The notes under the pieces: generated by a model
The model's database searches: none
What the model was told of the DNA's origin: nothing
Seen by the model: the letters and a program-made list of their open reading frames with translations, nothing else
Part shown: positions 39,422 through 54,137 of the stretch, one piece after another
Layout of the letters: the number at the start of each line of letters is the position of its first letter
Numbering within the stretch: the stretch's first letter is position 1
Program-made: the position numbers and the translations under genes
NCBI GenBank assembly: GCA_965248445.1
Contig: CBDFJG010000003.1
Coordinates: forward strand, 32,001-96,000
DNA length: 64,000 nucleotides
Direction of reading: 5' to 3'
From: Planctomycetota bacterium
GTDB taxonomy: Bacteria > Planctomycetota > JAJSAM01 > JAJVHW01

Positions 39422-39487
39422 GCTCCGCTCAAGACTGCTCCGCTGAAGATTGGGCCTCTGTAGATCGGGCCTCTGTAGATCGGGCCT
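39422..39487. repeat. Degenerate 15-bp tandem repeat, about 4 units
   Basis: GCTCCGCTCAAGACT / GCTCCGCTGAAGATT / GGGCCTCTGTAGATC x2. Confidence 0.7.
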
Positions 39488-39503
39488 GGAGACGACTCGC
39501 ACG

Positions 39504-42596
<3,093 letters not shown>

Positions 42597-42676
42597 CCAC
42601 GGAGCGCGCAAGCCTGGTGTGAACGATGCGGGCTAGCCAGCCGGGCTCGGTGCCGTCTGCTACTCTGACCGAGCCG

Positions 42677-43156
42677 ATGAGCGAAGCACCGCAAGGCGAC
42701 AGGGGGACGGCAGACGCAGACCGTCGCTTGAAGGGTCACGGAGGCCGGCGCGTGGAGCGCTGGGCGCTCGTCGGCGTCGCAGCCGTCGTCATGCTGGCCA
42801 TCACCGTCGTGCTCAGCGCGCGGCCAGAGCAAGACGACGCCCTCGCTCCGACGGATGGCTCGACGGGCAAGGTGCGGATAGGTGGCGAGGCCGCGGCGGA
42901 CCCCGGTCCGCGAGTCCCCTCCCCGACCCCGCGGGACGATCCCGCCTGGACCCCCGAAGATGAACCGCCGGTGCAGCCGCCGCCCCAACCGGCCGCCACC
43001 CGCGAGTACGTCGTCCAGAAGGACGACACGCTCGGAGCGATCGCGCAGCGCGAACTGGGGAGCGTGAAGCGGGTCCACGAGATCGTACGGCTCAACGACC
43101 TCAGCAATCCGAACGCGATCCGCGCGGGTCAAGCGATCCTGCTACCCGCTCGCTGA
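42677..43156 (+). CDS. Membrane-anchored LysM-domain protein
   Basis: TM helix, Pro-rich linker, YVVQKDDTLGAIAQRELG...IRAGQAILLP. Confidence 0.9.
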   Translation: MSEAPQGDRGTADADRRLKGHGGRRVERWALVGVAAVVMLAITVVLSARPEQDDALAPTDGSTGKVRIGGEAAADPGPRVPSPTPRDDPAWTPEDEPPVQPPPQPAATREYVVQKDDTLGAIAQRELGSVKRVHEIVRLNDLSNPNAIRAGQAILLPAR

Positions 43157-43169
43157 GTCCGCCGCGACG

Positions 43170-44669
43170 GTAACCGTTCACCCCTTGACAGCGTGTGAGC
43201 CTCAGCGTGCGACGGGCAGCGGGACCATGACGGGCGGGTCGGCGCCGGTGAGGTGCGCGGCGACCGAGTCGGCGAGGAAGTCGAAGACTTGGTCGCCACG
43301 GCGTCGCAGCGTGGCCGCGGCGGTCAACACGCGCTCGGCGAAGCGGAGTCCGCGAGCGGACTGGCTTCCGAAGGAGCCCTTGCGCCAGAGCACCGCTTTG
43401 CGGACCGCGCGCTCGGCGGCGTTGTTCGTCGGACTCACGTCCTGGGTCCGCGCATAGGTGAAGAGGGCGACCACGCGGGGGCGCAGATGGTTGGCCAGAG
43501 CCGAGTCGTCGTTCGCGATCAGTCGCTCGAGCCGTCCGCGCAGCACAGCGGCTTCGCCTTGCAGCCGGTCACGGTCGCCGTGCTCACCGAAGAGCCGGTA
43601 GCTGCGCATGACCGACTGCGCGATCATGACGCCCTTGTTGCCGAAGCGGCGATGTCCTCGCGGGCCTTCGGCCAGCGCACGGAAGGCGCGCTCGATGTGC
43701 GCCCAGCAGAGCTGGCGGCGGGCAAGTGGGTGTGACTCGTAGGCACCCATCCGGTCGCTGATCACCGTGCCACCGAAGCGCCGCCCGATCAGCCGCCCTT
43801 TCGCCTTGGCACTGCGGCGGCGATCGATCCCGAAGGCTGTGGCGTGCTCGCTCTCCGCCGCCCACAGCCAGCACACCCGGCCCCGCTCCTTCCACGACGT
43901 CTCGTCCACGTTGGCTCGCAGCGACGTGCGGACTGCCCCGAGGGCTTCGAGGTACGACGAGTGCAGAGCGTCACTGAGCCGACGCTCACAGTCGCTGATC
44001 TTGCCCAGCGACATCTTCACACCGAAGATCTCACCGAGCAGCCGCTGCGTCTCCCGCACGCTCACGCGGTACACGCCGCGCAGCGCGCCGGCAAGTGTGG
44101 TCAGCCGCGGACCGAAGGCCCCGGTCGGCACGCCATCGGGCAGGACCGCCGTCGTGACCGCACGACAGCGCCGGCACCGCGCCTTGTGCAGCCGGTGCTC
44201 CCGCACCGTGACGAGCACGCGCGGGAGCACCGTCACCTGGTGCCGGTACGGATCGCCGATGCCCTGCTCGAGATCGTCGTGTCCGCACGCGTCGCAGAGG
44301 TCGGGACGGTGCTCCTTGGTCTCATCGACGTTGGACGGATCCACCAGCTCGCGCGCCGTGCCCTCATGGCCCGGCTGTCCGCCCTGCTGGCGACCGCTAC
44401 GCGGCCTTCGGCCGCGACGGCGCTTGGACCACGCCGGGTCCGACGACGGAGGCCTCGAGCTGTTGCGGGAGTCACGCTTCAGACGCGACTCGAGCTCGTC
44501 GATGCGGCGCAGATGCTTCGCTTCGCGACGCTCCAGCTCCTCGATCCAGGCCAGAAGGCCCTCGACCATCGCCCGCAGATCCTCGTCCTGCCGCTCGCCC
44601 ACAACCTCTTGATCGACCGATGGCCGAACGATCTGGATCCTGGCTCGCGACGAAGGGGTGAACGGTTAC
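43170..44669 (-). mobile_element. IS66-family element, copy 2, 1500 bp
   Basis: Same TIRs; a few SNPs relative to copy 1; no target duplication. Confidence 0.95.
43202..44602 (-). CDS. IS66-family transposase (TnpC)
   Basis: Near-identical to 36560..37960 (4 amino-acid differences seen). Confidence 0.95.
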   Translation of the reverse strand: MGERQDEDLRAMVEGLLAWIEELERREAKHLRRIDELESRLKRDSRNSSRPPSSDPAWSKRRRGRRPRSGRQQGGQPGHEGTARELVDPSNVDETKEHRPDLCDACGHDDLEQGIGDPYRHQVTVLPRVLVTVREHRLHKARCRRCRAVTTAVLPDGVPTGAFGPRLTTLAGALRGVYRVSVRETQRLLGEIFGVKMSLGKISDCERRLSDALHSSYLEALGAVRTSLRANVDETSWKERGRVCWLWAAESEHATAFGIDRRRSAKAKGRLIGRRFGGTVISDRMGAYESHPLARRQLCWAHIERAFRALAEGPRGHRRFGNKGVMIAQSVMRSYRLFGEHGDRDRLQGEAAVLRGRLERLIANDDSALANHLRPRVVALFTYARTQDVSPTNNAAERAVRKAVLWRKGSFGSQSARGLRFAERVLTAAATLRRRGDQVFDFLADSVAAHLTGADPPVMVPLPVAR

Positions 44670-44707
44670 GTTGGAGCGAGGACCGACAGGCGAGGAGAGG
44701 CGAGAGC

Positions 44708-45079
44708 ATGCCGACGATCAACCAGCTGGTACGCAAGGGCCGCAAGCGTCCGAGCAAGAAGTCGAAGAGCGCGGTGCTCGAGAGCTGCCCGTTCAAGCGC
44801 GGCGTCTGCGTCCAGGTCAAGACGATGACGCCGAAGAAGCCGAACTCGGCTCTTCGCAAGATCGCCCGCGTGCGACTCAGCAACGGCAAGGAGATCACCG
44901 CGTACATCCCCGGCGAGGGACACAACCTCCAGGAGCACTCGATCGTGCTCGTGCGCGGCGGCCGCGTGAAGGACCTGCCGGGCGTGCGATACCACATCGT
45001 GCGCGGCGTCCTTGACGCATCTGGTGTGGACGGCCGGCGGCGCAGCCGGTCCAAGTACGGAACGAAGCGGCCCAAGTAG
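44708..45079 (+). CDS. rpsL: 30S ribosomal protein S12
   Basis: [32 protein letters not shown]. Confidence 0.99.
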   Translation: MPTINQLVRKGRKRPSKKSKSAVLESCPFKRGVCVQVKTMTPKKPNSALRKIARVRLSNGKEITAYIPGEGHNLQEHSIVLVRGGRVKDLPGVRYHIVRGVLDASGVDGRRRSRSKYGTKRPK

Positions 45080-45097
45080 CCGCACGGAGAGTCTGGA

Positions 45098-45574
45098 ATG
45101 CCCCGCAAGTTCAAGTCCACCGAGTCTTACCTCAAGCCGGACCCGCAGTACGGAAACGTGCTCATCGCGAAGTTCGTCAACTGCGTGATGTCGCACGGCG
45201 AGAAGTCGACTGCGCGACGGATCGTGTACGACGCCCTCGACATCATCCAGAAGAAGCTGCCTGGCGAGGACTCCGTGAAGGTCTTCACCGACGCAATCAG
45301 CAACGTGAAGCCTCGCGTGGAAGTGCGGAGCAAGCGCGTCGGCGGTGCCACGTACCAGGTGCCGATCGAGGTCAGCAAGCGGCGCCAGCAGGCGTTGGCG
45401 TTCCGGTGGATCCTGGGCGTCGTCCGCAAGACGCGCCGTGGGCGGACGTTCGCGATGACGCTTGCCGAGGAACTCCTGGCGGCCTACCGCAAGGAAGGCG
45501 CTGCCTTCGCAAAGCGCGAGAACACCCACAAGATGGCCGAGGCGAACAAGGCGTTCAGCCACTTCGCTTGGTAG
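45098..45574 (+). CDS. rpsG: 30S ribosomal protein S7
   Basis: RVGGATYQVP, HKMAEANKAFSHF. Confidence 0.99.
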   Translation: MPRKFKSTESYLKPDPQYGNVLIAKFVNCVMSHGEKSTARRIVYDALDIIQKKLPGEDSVKVFTDAISNVKPRVEVRSKRVGGATYQVPIEVSKRRQQALAFRWILGVVRKTRRGRTFAMTLAEELLAAYRKEGAAFAKRENTHKMAEANKAFSHFAW

Positions 45575-45588
45575 TCGGATCGCATGTG

Positions 45589-45690
45589 AGGCCGCGTCGT
45601 CCGCACGGACGTCGCGGCCTTGCTGCGTGCTGGGTTGCTGGTTCGTCCGCTGACGCGGACCAGTGCTTATTGGTCCGTCCGCTGACGCGG
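45589..45690. repeat. Hairpin plus two 20-bp REP-like direct repeats
   Basis: Hairpin 45589-45620; TGGTYCGTCCGCTGACGCGG at 45639-45658 and 45671-45690. Confidence 0.7.
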
Positions 45691-45748
45691 GTCGAGACGA
45701 TTGGATCGCGGTAAGCGCGGTGCAGGGTGAGACTCCTGAGGATCTGAC

Positions 45749-47830
45749 GTGGCGAAGAAGAAGAAGACCTCCGCCCACGACCCGTCGCGCATCCGCAACA
45801 TCGGCATCATCGCGCACATCGATGCCGGGAAGACGACCGTCACCGAGCGCGTGCTCTTCTACACCGGCAAGGAGCACAAGATGGGTGAGGTCCACGAGGG
45901 CCTGGCCCGCATGGACTGGATGGCCCAGGAGCAGGAGCGCGGGATCACGATCACCAGCGCCTGCACCACGTTCGCGTGGCGTGACCACCGCATCAACCTG
46001 ATCGACACGCCGGGGCACGTGGACTTCACGGCCGAGGTCGAGCGGAGTCTGCGGGTCCTCGACGGCGCCGTCGTCGTGTTCGACGGCGTGGCGGGCGTCG
46101 AGGCGCAGTCCGAGACGGTCTGGCGGCAGGCCACGCGCCACGGCGTGCCGCGTATCTGTTTCGTGAACAAGCTCGACCGCATCGGCGCGAGCTTCGACCG
46201 CTCGGTCGAGAGCATCCGCCGGCGGCTGGACGGCAACCCGGTTCCCGTGACGCTGCCGAACATGCGCGATCAGGAGGTCCTCGGGATCATCGATCTCGTT
46301 CACCGGCAGTACGTGACGTTCGACGAGGCGACGCGCGGCAAGGAGTACACGCGCGCCGACATTCCGGAGGATCTGTTCGACGTGGCGGAGACGGCCCGCG
46401 CCGAGCTCGTGGAGGTTGCGGCCGAGCACGGTGGCGACGCGTTACTCGAGAAGTACCTCGAGGAGGGAGACCTCGGCCCGGAGGACCTGGTCGCGGCCCT
46501 TCGCGCGGCCACGATCTCCATGCAGCTGCAGCCAGTTCTCTGCGGCTCGGCGCTGCGCAACACCGGCGTTCAGTTGGTTCTCGACGCGGTCATCGACTAC
46601 CTGCCGTCGCCCGGAGACCTGCCTCCGGTGGTGGGTCTCGATCCCCGCTCCGAGAAGGAGATCCGTCGTGCGCTGGACCCTTCCGAGCCCCTTACCGCGC
46701 TGGTGTTCAAGACTCACGCCGACACACACGCCGACCTCGCGTACGTCCGCGTCTACTCGGGCGTGCTGAGGGCGAAGGACCAGGTCTGGAACCCCGGCCG
46801 CGACCGGGTGGAACGGGTGGGCGGCCTGGTCCAGATGCATGCCGAGTCGCGGGAGCCGGTCCAGGAGGTCGCCGCCGGCGACATCGCGGCAGTGGTCGGG
46901 CTGCGCTTCACCACGACCGGCGACACGCTCTGCACCAAGCAGAAGCCGATGATCCTCGGGAGCATGACGTTCGCCGAGCCGGTGATCGCGCTCGCCGTGG
47001 AGCCGAGGAGCTCCAAGGACCGGGACGATCTCGAGACCGCGCTCGAACGCCTCTCCCGCGACGACCCGACGTTCACGATCCACGTCGACGAGGACACGGG
47101 TCAGACGATCATCAGCGGGATGGGCGAACTGCACCTCGAGGTCCTCGTTCGCCGGCTCGCCGAGGAGTTCCGCGTCCCGGTCCAGACCGGCAAGCCGCGC
47201 GTCGCGTACCGCCAGACGGTTGCCGAGGGCGCCGAGGGCTCGTACGACTTCGAGCGCGTGGTGGGGGAGAAGACACAGTACGCACGGGTCAAGGTTCGCG
47301 TCGATCCGGTCCCGTCCCTCCCGCGCACCGAGTTCTTCCACTTCGGCGAGCTCGACTCGGCGAGCCGCAGGTTCCTGCCGAACGTCGAGTCCGGTGCGCT
47401 CTCCTCAGCTGAGGGCGGCGTCGGGGTCGGCTACCCGTGCGTGCAGCTTCGCGTCACCCTCTTGGAGGCGACGACCCGCGACGGTGAGGGCACCGAGGCC
47501 GCGTTCGAGGCCGCCGCGAATCGGGCCTTCCAGGAGGCCTTCGAAAAGGGCGGCTGCGTCGTCCTCGAGCCTGTGATGCGGTTCGAGGTCGGCACTCCGG
47601 AGGCATACATGGGCGACGTTCTGGCCGACCTGAACCGCCGCCGCGCCGAGATCAGCGAGCTTCTCGAGGAGGAGGGCATCCGCGTCATCCGTGGGATCGT
47701 CCCGATCAGCGAGATGTTCGGGTACTCGACGGCGCTGCGCAGCCTCAGCCAGGGCCGAGCGGGCTACTCGATGGAGCCGGAGAGCTACGCACCGCTGCCG
47801 CCGGACGTCGCGGCCCGGTTCGCGTTCTGA
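45749..47830 (+). CDS. fusA: Elongation factor G with a divergent domain IV
   Basis: [45 protein letters not shown]. Confidence 0.95.
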   Translation: MAKKKKTSAHDPSRIRNIGIIAHIDAGKTTVTERVLFYTGKEHKMGEVHEGLARMDWMAQEQERGITITSACTTFAWRDHRINLIDTPGHVDFTAEVERSLRVLDGAVVVFDGVAGVEAQSETVWRQATRHGVPRICFVNKLDRIGASFDRSVESIRRRLDGNPVPVTLPNMRDQEVLGIIDLVHRQYVTFDEATRGKEYTRADIPEDLFDVAETARAELVEVAAEHGGDALLEKYLEEGDLGPEDLVAALRAATISMQLQPVLCGSALRNTGVQLVLDAVIDYLPSPGDLPPVVGLDPRSEKEIRRALDPSEPLTALVFKTHADTHADLAYVRVYSGVLRAKDQVWNPGRDRVERVGGLVQMHAESREPVQEVAAGDIAAVVGLRFTTTGDTLCTKQKPMILGSMTFAEPVIALAVEPRSSKDRDDLETALERLSRDDPTFTIHVDEDTGQTIISGMGELHLEVLVRRLAEEFRVPVQTGKPRVAYRQTVAEGAEGSYDFERVVGEKTQYARVKVRVDPVPSLPRTEFFHFGELDSASRRFLPNVESGALSSAEGGVGVGYPCVQLRVTLLEATTRDGEGTEAAFEAAANRAFQEAFEKGGCVVLEPVMRFEVGTPEAYMGDVLADLNRRRAEISELLEEEGIRVIRGIVPISEMFGYSTALRSLSQGRAGYSMEPESYAPLPPDVAARFAF

Positions 47831-48179
47831 GCACGGTCCGGCGCTCTCGCCCAGGCCAGGCTCCAGAACCCACTCGGCCGCCCCTTTTTCTCCAAGCCTC
47901 CTCAGGCTCGGCGCTACTCTCGCCGGTTCGCCTCCGCGGGGAGGGCTTCCTGGGCAACCGGGACCCATTCGCAGAGGTCATCGAACGGCGATCGTGCAGA
48001 ACGCTTCTTGTCTTTCCAGTCCGCTCACGCGGGTGGCGCGACACGGGCGTAACACGCGACTTGTCGATCCGGGCTGTCTGCATGCGCAGACGGCGTTCAA
48101 CGAACCGGCTTCGTCCCGGATTCACGCGCTCGGCGTGTGTGAACGGACGGCGTGTCAGTGCGATGGATAGAGAACCAAC

Positions 48180-48488
<309 letters not shown>

Positions 48489-48583
48489 TCGACGGCCCCC
48501 GATGGGGGCTGTTTCTCATCGGGCACGGTCTCATCGAGTACGGCCGCGCGAACGACGCAACGGAACGCATTTAGAGGCAAGAA

Positions 48584-49246
48584 ATGGCAGTCACGGCACT
48601 GATCGGACGCAAAACGGGAATGACGTCGGTCTTCGACGAGGGCGGCGCCATGATCGGCGTCACCGTCATCGAGTTCCCGCAGAACCGTGTCGTCGGCCGG
48701 CGCACGACGGATCGCGACGGCTACGAGGCCGTCGTGCTCGGTGCCGGTGCACGTCGAGCGTCGCGCACGAGCAAGCCACAGCTGGGCGCGATGCAGAAAC
48801 TCGGCCTCGACACCGAGCCCGAGATCATGCGCGAAGTGCGTTGCGCCGCGGACATCGACCTCGAGATCGGCGCCGAAGTCCAGGTCGGCGACGTGTTCGA
48901 GGCCGGGCAGTGGATCGACGTCGTCGGCACCAGCCGCGGTCATGGTTTCCAGGGCGTGCGCAAGCGCCACCACTTCTCGTACGGACCCGCGTCGCACGGC
49001 TCGAAGAACTACAAGGAGCCGGGGTCGACGGGTCATTCGACCTATCCCGGCCGCGTGTTCAAGGGCAAGCGCATGCCCGGCCACCACGGCGCCAAGCGCC
49101 GCACGCAGCGCAACGTCCGCGTCGTGAGCGTCGACGCCGAGAACCGCCGTCTGCTCGTAGCAGGTTCGGTACCCGGTTGGGACACAGGCGTCGTTGTGGT
49201 CCGCCATGCGGTCGCGAAGCGCATCGCCCAGGGCCCGAAGAAGTAG
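48584..49246 (+). CDS. rplC: 50S ribosomal protein L3
   Basis: [28 protein letters not shown]. Confidence 0.99.
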   Translation: MAVTALIGRKTGMTSVFDEGGAMIGVTVIEFPQNRVVGRRTTDRDGYEAVVLGAGARRASRTSKPQLGAMQKLGLDTEPEIMREVRCAADIDLEIGAEVQVGDVFEAGQWIDVVGTSRGHGFQGVRKRHHFSYGPASHGSKNYKEPGSTGHSTYPGRVFKGKRMPGHHGAKRRTQRNVRVVSVDAENRRLLVAGSVPGWDTGVVVVRHAVAKRIAQGPKK

Positions 49247-49259
49247 CAGGAGCAGCCCC

Positions 49260-49898
49260 ATGAGTGACATCAAGCTCTACCGCGCGAAGGACGGCAGCGT
49301 CGGCACCACCGACGTGAACACCGCTGCGTTCGGTCGCCGCTCCCCGCGCCGTGTGCAGCGCGACGCGGTGCTCATGTACCAGGCGAACCGCCGGGCGGGC
49401 ACCCACTCGACCAAGACACGCGCGAACATCACGGGCACCACCAAGAAGCCGTGGAAGCAGAAGCACACGGGCAAGGCCCGCGCAGGTACCAAGAAGTCGC
49501 CGATCTGGCGTTCGGGCGGCGTCGCCCACGGCCCGCACCCGCGCGACTACTCGTACAACGTCCCGCGCAAGGCGCTCCGTGCCGCGTGCCGTGCCGCGAT
49601 CGCCGGGAAGTTCAACGACGGCGAGGTCGTCTTCGCGGATGCCGTGTCGTTCGCCGCGCCGAGCACCAAGGCCGCTCGCGGGATGCTCGCCGCGCTGGGC
49701 GTCGAGCGCTCGTGCCTGGTCGTGACGCACCGCCTCGACGTGGTCGTCCACAAGTCCATGCGCAACCTGCCCGGTGTCACGGTCATGCCGGCATCGGACG
49801 TGAACGCATACGAGGTGCTGTCGCACCGCAACCTGCTGCTCACCGAGGACTCCTTCGAGGCTCTCACCGGGCGGCTGTGTGAAGAGAGCGAGGACTAG
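49260..49898 (+). CDS. rplD: 50S ribosomal protein L4
   Basis: [25 protein letters not shown]. Confidence 0.99.
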   Translation: MSDIKLYRAKDGSVGTTDVNTAAFGRRSPRRVQRDAVLMYQANRRAGTHSTKTRANITGTTKKPWKQKHTGKARAGTKKSPIWRSGGVAHGPHPRDYSYNVPRKALRAACRAAIAGKFNDGEVVFADAVSFAAPSTKAARGMLAALGVERSCLVVTHRLDVVVHKSMRNLPGVTVMPASDVNAYEVLSHRNLLLTEDSFEALTGRLCEESED

Positions 49899-49902
49899 CG
49901 CG

Positions 49903-50184
49903 ATGATGGACATCTATGACGTCGTCAAGCGCCCGTTGCTCACGGAGCGCACGATGAGCCGCCTCGACACCTCGAACACGTACGTGTTCGAGGTGAACCC
50001 GAAGGCCAACAAGGTGCAGATCCGGCGCGCCGTCGAGAAGCTGTTCGACGTGCGCGTACTCAGCGTGAACACCGCCAAGGTGCCCGGCAAGCCGCGGCGC
50101 TTCGGCCGGTTCTTCACACGTACTCCGTCATGGAAAAAGGCGTTCGTGACCCTGGCCGACGGCCAGGCGATCGAGCTGTTCTAG
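49903..50184 (+). CDS. rplW: 50S ribosomal protein L23
   Basis: [19 protein letters not shown]. Confidence 0.98.
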   Translation: MMDIYDVVKRPLLTERTMSRLDTSNTYVFEVNPKANKVQIRRAVEKLFDVRVLSVNTAKVPGKPRRFGRFFTRTPSWKKAFVTLADGQAIELF

Positions 50185-50195
50185 GAGAGGGTCGG

Positions 50196-51038
50196 ATGGG
50201 AATTCGCGTCTACAAGCCGACTTCGCCCGGGCGGCGGAACTCGTCGGTCTCCGACTTCAAGGAGATCACGCGTACCACCCCCGAGAGGTCGTTGCTACGC
50301 CCGATGGTGCGCCGCGCCGGCCGTAACTCGTACGGCCGCATCACGTCGCGCCGTCGCGGCGGCGGTCACAAGCGCCGTTACCGCATCATCGACTGGCGCC
50401 GTGACAAGGACGGCGTCCCGGCGAAGGTCTTCTCTATCGAGTACGACCCGAACCGCACCGCACGCATCGCGCTCCTGCACTACGCAGACGGTGAGAAGCG
50501 TTACATCTTGGCGCCCCGCGGCATCAAGGTGGGGCAGCCCATCATGTCCGGTGTGGACGCGGAGCCGCGCGTCGGCAACGCGAAGATGCTCAAGGACATC
50601 CCCCTCGGGCTGGCGATCCACAACGTCGAGATGGTGCCGGGCAAGGGCGGGCAGATGGCCCGTTCGGCCGGCGCTTCGATCCAGCTCGCGGCCCGGGACT
50701 CGGGCATGGCGATCCTGAACCTGCCGTCGGGCGAGACGCGGATGGTCCCCGAGACCTGCCGCGCCACGATCGGCCAGGTGGGGAACGTGGAGCACGCGCT
50801 GGTGCGTATCGGCAAGGCCGGGCGCAACCGCCACCGCGGCCGGCGTCCCAAGGTGCGCGGCGCCGCGATGAACCCGTACTGCCACCCGCTCGGTGGTGGT
50901 GAGGGCAAGACGGGAGCCGGTCGCCGCAAGGGTCCGTGCTCGCCCTGGGGCAAGCCGTCCAAGGGCGGCAAGACGAGGGCGCCCAAGAACCCGAGCAACA
51001 AACTGATCATCCGTCGCCGGAAGAAGAAGAAGAGGTAG
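50196..51038 (+). CDS. rplB: 50S ribosomal protein L2
   Basis: [33 protein letters not shown]. Confidence 0.99.
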   Translation: MGIRVYKPTSPGRRNSSVSDFKEITRTTPERSLLRPMVRRAGRNSYGRITSRRRGGGHKRRYRIIDWRRDKDGVPAKVFSIEYDPNRTARIALLHYADGEKRYILAPRGIKVGQPIMSGVDAEPRVGNAKMLKDIPLGLAIHNVEMVPGKGGQMARSAGASIQLAARDSGMAILNLPSGETRMVPETCRATIGQVGNVEHALVRIGKAGRNRHRGRRPKVRGAAMNPYCHPLGGGEGKTGAGRRKGPCSPWGKPSKGGKTRAPKNPSNKLIIRRRKKKKR

Positions 51039-51045
51039 CGCACAC

Positions 51046-51309
51046 ATGGGACGTTCCATCAAGAAGGGTCCGTGGGTGGATGAGCGCCTCTGGACGCGCG
51101 TGCGCGCGCAGAAGGACTCCGGAGCACGCGAGCCCCTCAAGACGTGGCGGCGTGAGTGCACCGTCATACCCGACTTCGTCGGGCACACGTTTGCCGTCCA
51201 CAACGGCAAGACGTTCATCCGCGTGTTCGTGACCGAGGACATGGTCGGTCACCGCCTTGGCGAGTTCTCGCCCACGCGCATGTTCCGCGGGCACACGGGC
51301 AAGAAGTAA
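51046..51309 (+). CDS. rpsS: 30S ribosomal protein S19
   Basis: [20 protein letters not shown]. Confidence 0.99.
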   Translation: MGRSIKKGPWVDERLWTRVRAQKDSGAREPLKTWRRECTVIPDFVGHTFAVHNGKTFIRVFVTEDMVGHRLGEFSPTRMFRGHTGKK

Positions 51310-51332
51310 GGGCAGGAAGTAAGGACTGGGAC

Positions 51333-51848
51333 ATGGCACAGACCACATTGACCGGCGCCTCCTACAGGGCGGTTCACAGGCAGTCGCCGGTGACGCCGCG
51401 CAAGGCGCGCTACGTCGTCGACCTGATCCGCGGCAAGCCCGTGAATCAGGCACTGGACGTGCTGCGTTTCTGTCCCCGCCGCGCCGCGCCGCTGCTCTCG
51501 AAGGTGCTCATGAGCGCCCTCGCGAACGCGCAGCTCGATCCGGCGTGCGACACGTCGCGACTGCACGTCATCGACGCGCGGGCGGACGACGGACGCACCA
51601 TGAAGCGCTGGACGCCACGGTCGCGCGGCCAGATGTATCCGCTGCTGCTGCGGTACTCGCACCTGACGATCGTGCTCGGCGAGCAGGACGCGGCCCCGAG
51701 CAAGCGCAGGGGCGGCAAGAAGAAGAGCGACAAGAGTCGCGCCGCGCGCGTCGCCGCATCGAAGGCGGCCGAGACGGTCAAGCCGACCGCGCCTGCGGAT
51801 GCGGCGGCCGACACCGACACCACAGCCAGCTCTGAAGGGAGCGAGTAG
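51333..51848 (+). CDS. rplV: 50S ribosomal protein L22 with a C-terminal extension
   Basis: [25 protein letters not shown]. Confidence 0.97.
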   Translation: MAQTTLTGASYRAVHRQSPVTPRKARYVVDLIRGKPVNQALDVLRFCPRRAAPLLSKVLMSALANAQLDPACDTSRLHVIDARADDGRTMKRWTPRSRGQMYPLLLRYSHLTIVLGEQDAAPSKRRGGKKKSDKSRAARVAASKAAETVKPTAPADAAADTDTTASSEGSE

Positions 51849-51850
51849 CT

Positions 51851-52504
51851 ATGGGCCAGAAGATCCATCCGAACGGGTTCCGCGTCGGCATCACGCGCGA
51901 CTGGGACTCCCGCTGGTGCGCCCCCAAGGGCAAGTTCGGCGACCTCCTTGTCGAGGACGACAAGATCCGCCGGTTCATCAAGCAGGAGTACTACTTCGCC
52001 GGAATCCCGAAGGTTGAGATCGAGCGCAAGGGCGATCAGATCGTGATCCTCGTCCACTGCGCCCGGCCCGGCGTGCTGATCGGCCGCAAGGGTGTCAAGG
52101 TGGACAAACTCAAGGAGCAGCTCGAGAAGCTCTCCGGCAAGGGCATCACCCTGAACATCCACGAGATCACGCAGCCCGAGCTGAATGCGCAACTCGTCGC
52201 CGAGAGCGTGTCCGAGCAGCTCGAGCGGCGCGGCTCGTTCCGCCGCGCGCTCAAGCGCGCGATGCAGAACACGATGGAGCGCGGCGCCAAGGGCATCAAG
52301 ATCCGCATCGCCGGCCGCCTGGGCGGCTCCGAGATCGCGCGCGTCGAGACGCAGAACTCCGGTTCGGTCCCGCTGACGACGCTCACCGCGGACATCGACT
52401 ACGGCTTCTCCGAGGCACGCTGCACGTACGGACGCATCGGCGTGAAGTGCTGGATCTACAAGGGCCCCATCCGCAAGGGCGGCGGCCCCGTGAGGAGGAG
52501 GTAG
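51851..52504 (+). CDS. rpsC: 30S ribosomal protein S3
   Basis: [23 protein letters not shown]. Confidence 0.99.
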   Translation: MGQKIHPNGFRVGITRDWDSRWCAPKGKFGDLLVEDDKIRRFIKQEYYFAGIPKVEIERKGDQIVILVHCARPGVLIGRKGVKVDKLKEQLEKLSGKGITLNIHEITQPELNAQLVAESVSEQLERRGSFRRALKRAMQNTMERGAKGIKIRIAGRLGGSEIARVETQNSGSVPLTTLTADIDYGFSEARCTYGRIGVKCWIYKGPIRKGGGPVRRR

Positions 52505-52508
52505 AGAC

Positions 52509-52928
52509 ATGGCGCTCATGCCGAAGCGCGTCAAGCGCCGCAAGCAGCACCGCGGGAAGATCAAGGGCCGCGCCACGCGCGGCAACACCGTGACGTTCGG
52601 TGAGTTCGGGCTCCAGTCAACGGAGCGCGGCTGGCTGAACGCGCGCCAGATCGAGGCGGGCCGCGTCGCGGCGAACCACTACCTCAAGGGCGAGGGTCGG
52701 ATCTGGATCCGCGCTTTCCCGCACAAGCCCGTCACGTCCAAGCCCGCCGAGGTGCGGATGGGCACGGGCAAGGGCGACGTCGACCGCTGGGTCGCGGTCG
52801 TCCGGCCGGGCACGATCGTCTACGAGGTCGGCGGCGTCAGCGAGGCGCAGGCCAAGGTCGCGCTCAACCGCATCGCACACAAGATGCCGTTCCGCTGCCG
52901 GATGTCGAAGAGGAGGCCCTCGCTGTGA
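52509..52928 (+). CDS. rplP: 50S ribosomal protein L16
   Basis: [21 protein letters not shown]. Confidence 0.99.
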   Translation: MALMPKRVKRRKQHRGKIKGRATRGNTVTFGEFGLQSTERGWLNARQIEAGRVAANHYLKGEGRIWIRAFPHKPVTSKPAEVRMGTGKGDVDRWVAVVRPGTIVYEVGGVSEAQAKVALNRIAHKMPFRCRMSKRRPSL

Positions 52929-53137
52929 GCAAGGCCAAGGTGAAGGAGATCCGCGACCGCGACGGCGACGACCTGCGCCGCGAGGTCGCTGCTCTCGAAC
53001 GGAAGATCTGGGAGTTGCGCTTTGAGCGCAACAGCGAGAAGGCAGGCAACCCGTCGCGCATCCGTCAGATGCGCCGCCAGGTGGCCCGCATGCTCACCGT
53101 TCTCCGCGAACGGGAGCTTTCGGAGGCGAAGCAGTGA
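52925..53137 (+). CDS. rpmC: 50S ribosomal protein L29
   Basis: [21 protein letters not shown]; operon position. Confidence 0.96.
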   Translation: MSKAKVKEIRDRDGDDLRREVAALERKIWELRFERNSEKAGNPSRIRQMRRQVARMLTVLRERELSEAKQ

Positions 53138-53436
53138 GCGACAACAACGACATCGGCAGCGGCGGCGGTGGCAACCGCAGTTCGCGGCCGGAGGTGACCG
53201 GCACGGTCATCAGCGACAAGATGGACAAGACAATCGTGGTGCGCCGCGACGTCAAGGTGAAGCACCCGCTCTACAAGAAGTACGTGCGGCGTTCGACCAA
53301 GTTTGTCGCTCACGACGAGAGCAACCAGGCGCGCTCAGGCGACGAGGTCGAGATCGTGCAGACGCGCCCGATCTCGAAGAACAAGCGCTGGCGTCTGGTG
53401 CGCATCGTGCGCGAGGCGCCCCGGGACAACGGCTAG
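53134..53436 (+). CDS. rpsQ: 30S ribosomal protein S17
   Basis: [26 protein letters not shown]. Confidence 0.98.
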   Translation: MSDNNDIGSGGGGNRSSRPEVTGTVISDKMDKTIVVRRDVKVKHPLYKKYVRRSTKFVAHDESNQARSGDEVEIVQTRPISKNKRWRLVRIVREAPRDNG

Positions 53437-53445
53437 GAAGCAACC

Positions 53446-53814
53446 ATGATCCAGCTCCAGACGATGCTCGATGTCGCGGACAACACTGGCGCCAAGCGCG
53501 CCCAGTGCATCCGCGTGCTCGGCTCGGGCAACCGCAAGACCGGGGGGGTAGGCGACGTGATCGTCTGCGCCGTCAAGAAGGCGTTGCCCAACGGTTCGGT
53601 GAAGAAGAGCGACGTGGTTCGCGCGGTCATCGTGCGGACGCGGCACGCGGTGCGCCGCGAGGACGGCTCGTATGTGCGCTTCGACCGCAATGCGTGCGTC
53701 ATCGTGGACAAGGACGGCAACCCCAAGGGCACGCGCATCTTCGGAGCCGTGGCCCGCGAACTCCGAGCGAAGAACTTCATGAAGATCATCTCGCTCGCGG
53801 CGGAGGTGGTCTAG
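53446..53814 (+). CDS. rplN: 50S ribosomal protein L14
   Basis: [20 protein letters not shown]. Confidence 0.99.
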   Translation: MIQLQTMLDVADNTGAKRAQCIRVLGSGNRKTGGVGDVIVCAVKKALPNGSVKKSDVVRAVIVRTRHAVRREDGSYVRFDRNACVIVDKDGNPKGTRIFGAVARELRAKNFMKIISLAAEVV

Positions 53815-53816
53815 CC

Positions 53817-54134
53817 ATGGGTTTCAACATCCGAGTCGGAGACACGGTGGAAGTCGCCCGCGGGCGACGGAACCGCAACCCCGAGCGTCCCGCGACGCGC
53901 GGGCGCGTCCTCAAGATCGACCGCGACAAGGGTCGCGTCGTGATCGAGGGCCACAACATGCGCATCAAGCACCTGCGCCGGTCGGAGAAGCACCCGCAGG
54001 GTGGCCGCCTCGAGCGTGAGTCGCCGGTGCAGATCAGCAACGTGCTCGTAGTGACGGAGGCCGGTACGGCCATCTCCGCGCGCAAGGCCCGGCGCACCGA
54101 CGACGGCAAGGTCGTCGGCCGGGAGGAGAAGTAG
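53817..54134 (+). CDS. rplX: 50S ribosomal protein L24
   Basis: IRVGDTVEV, PQGG..ERESPVQISNV. Confidence 0.96.
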   Translation: MGFNIRVGDTVEVARGRRNRNPERPATRGRVLKIDRDKGRVVIEGHNMRIKHLRRSEKHPQGGRLERESPVQISNVLVVTEAGTAISARKARRTDDGKVVGREEK

Positions 54135-54137
54135 ACG

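Noticed and set aside
39422..39487. Short repeats here and at 45639-45690 as a CRISPR array
   Set aside because: Units are contiguous or only two, there are no spacer-length unique sequences, and no cas genes are present.
43844..45079. 411-aa ORF as an N-terminally extended S12
   Set aside because: The extension is the antisense strand of the IS66 transposase; rpsL has its own RBS and ATG at 44708.
44708..45079. Streptomycin-resistance alleles in rpsL
   Set aside because: The PKKPNS and RVKDLPG motifs are wild type.
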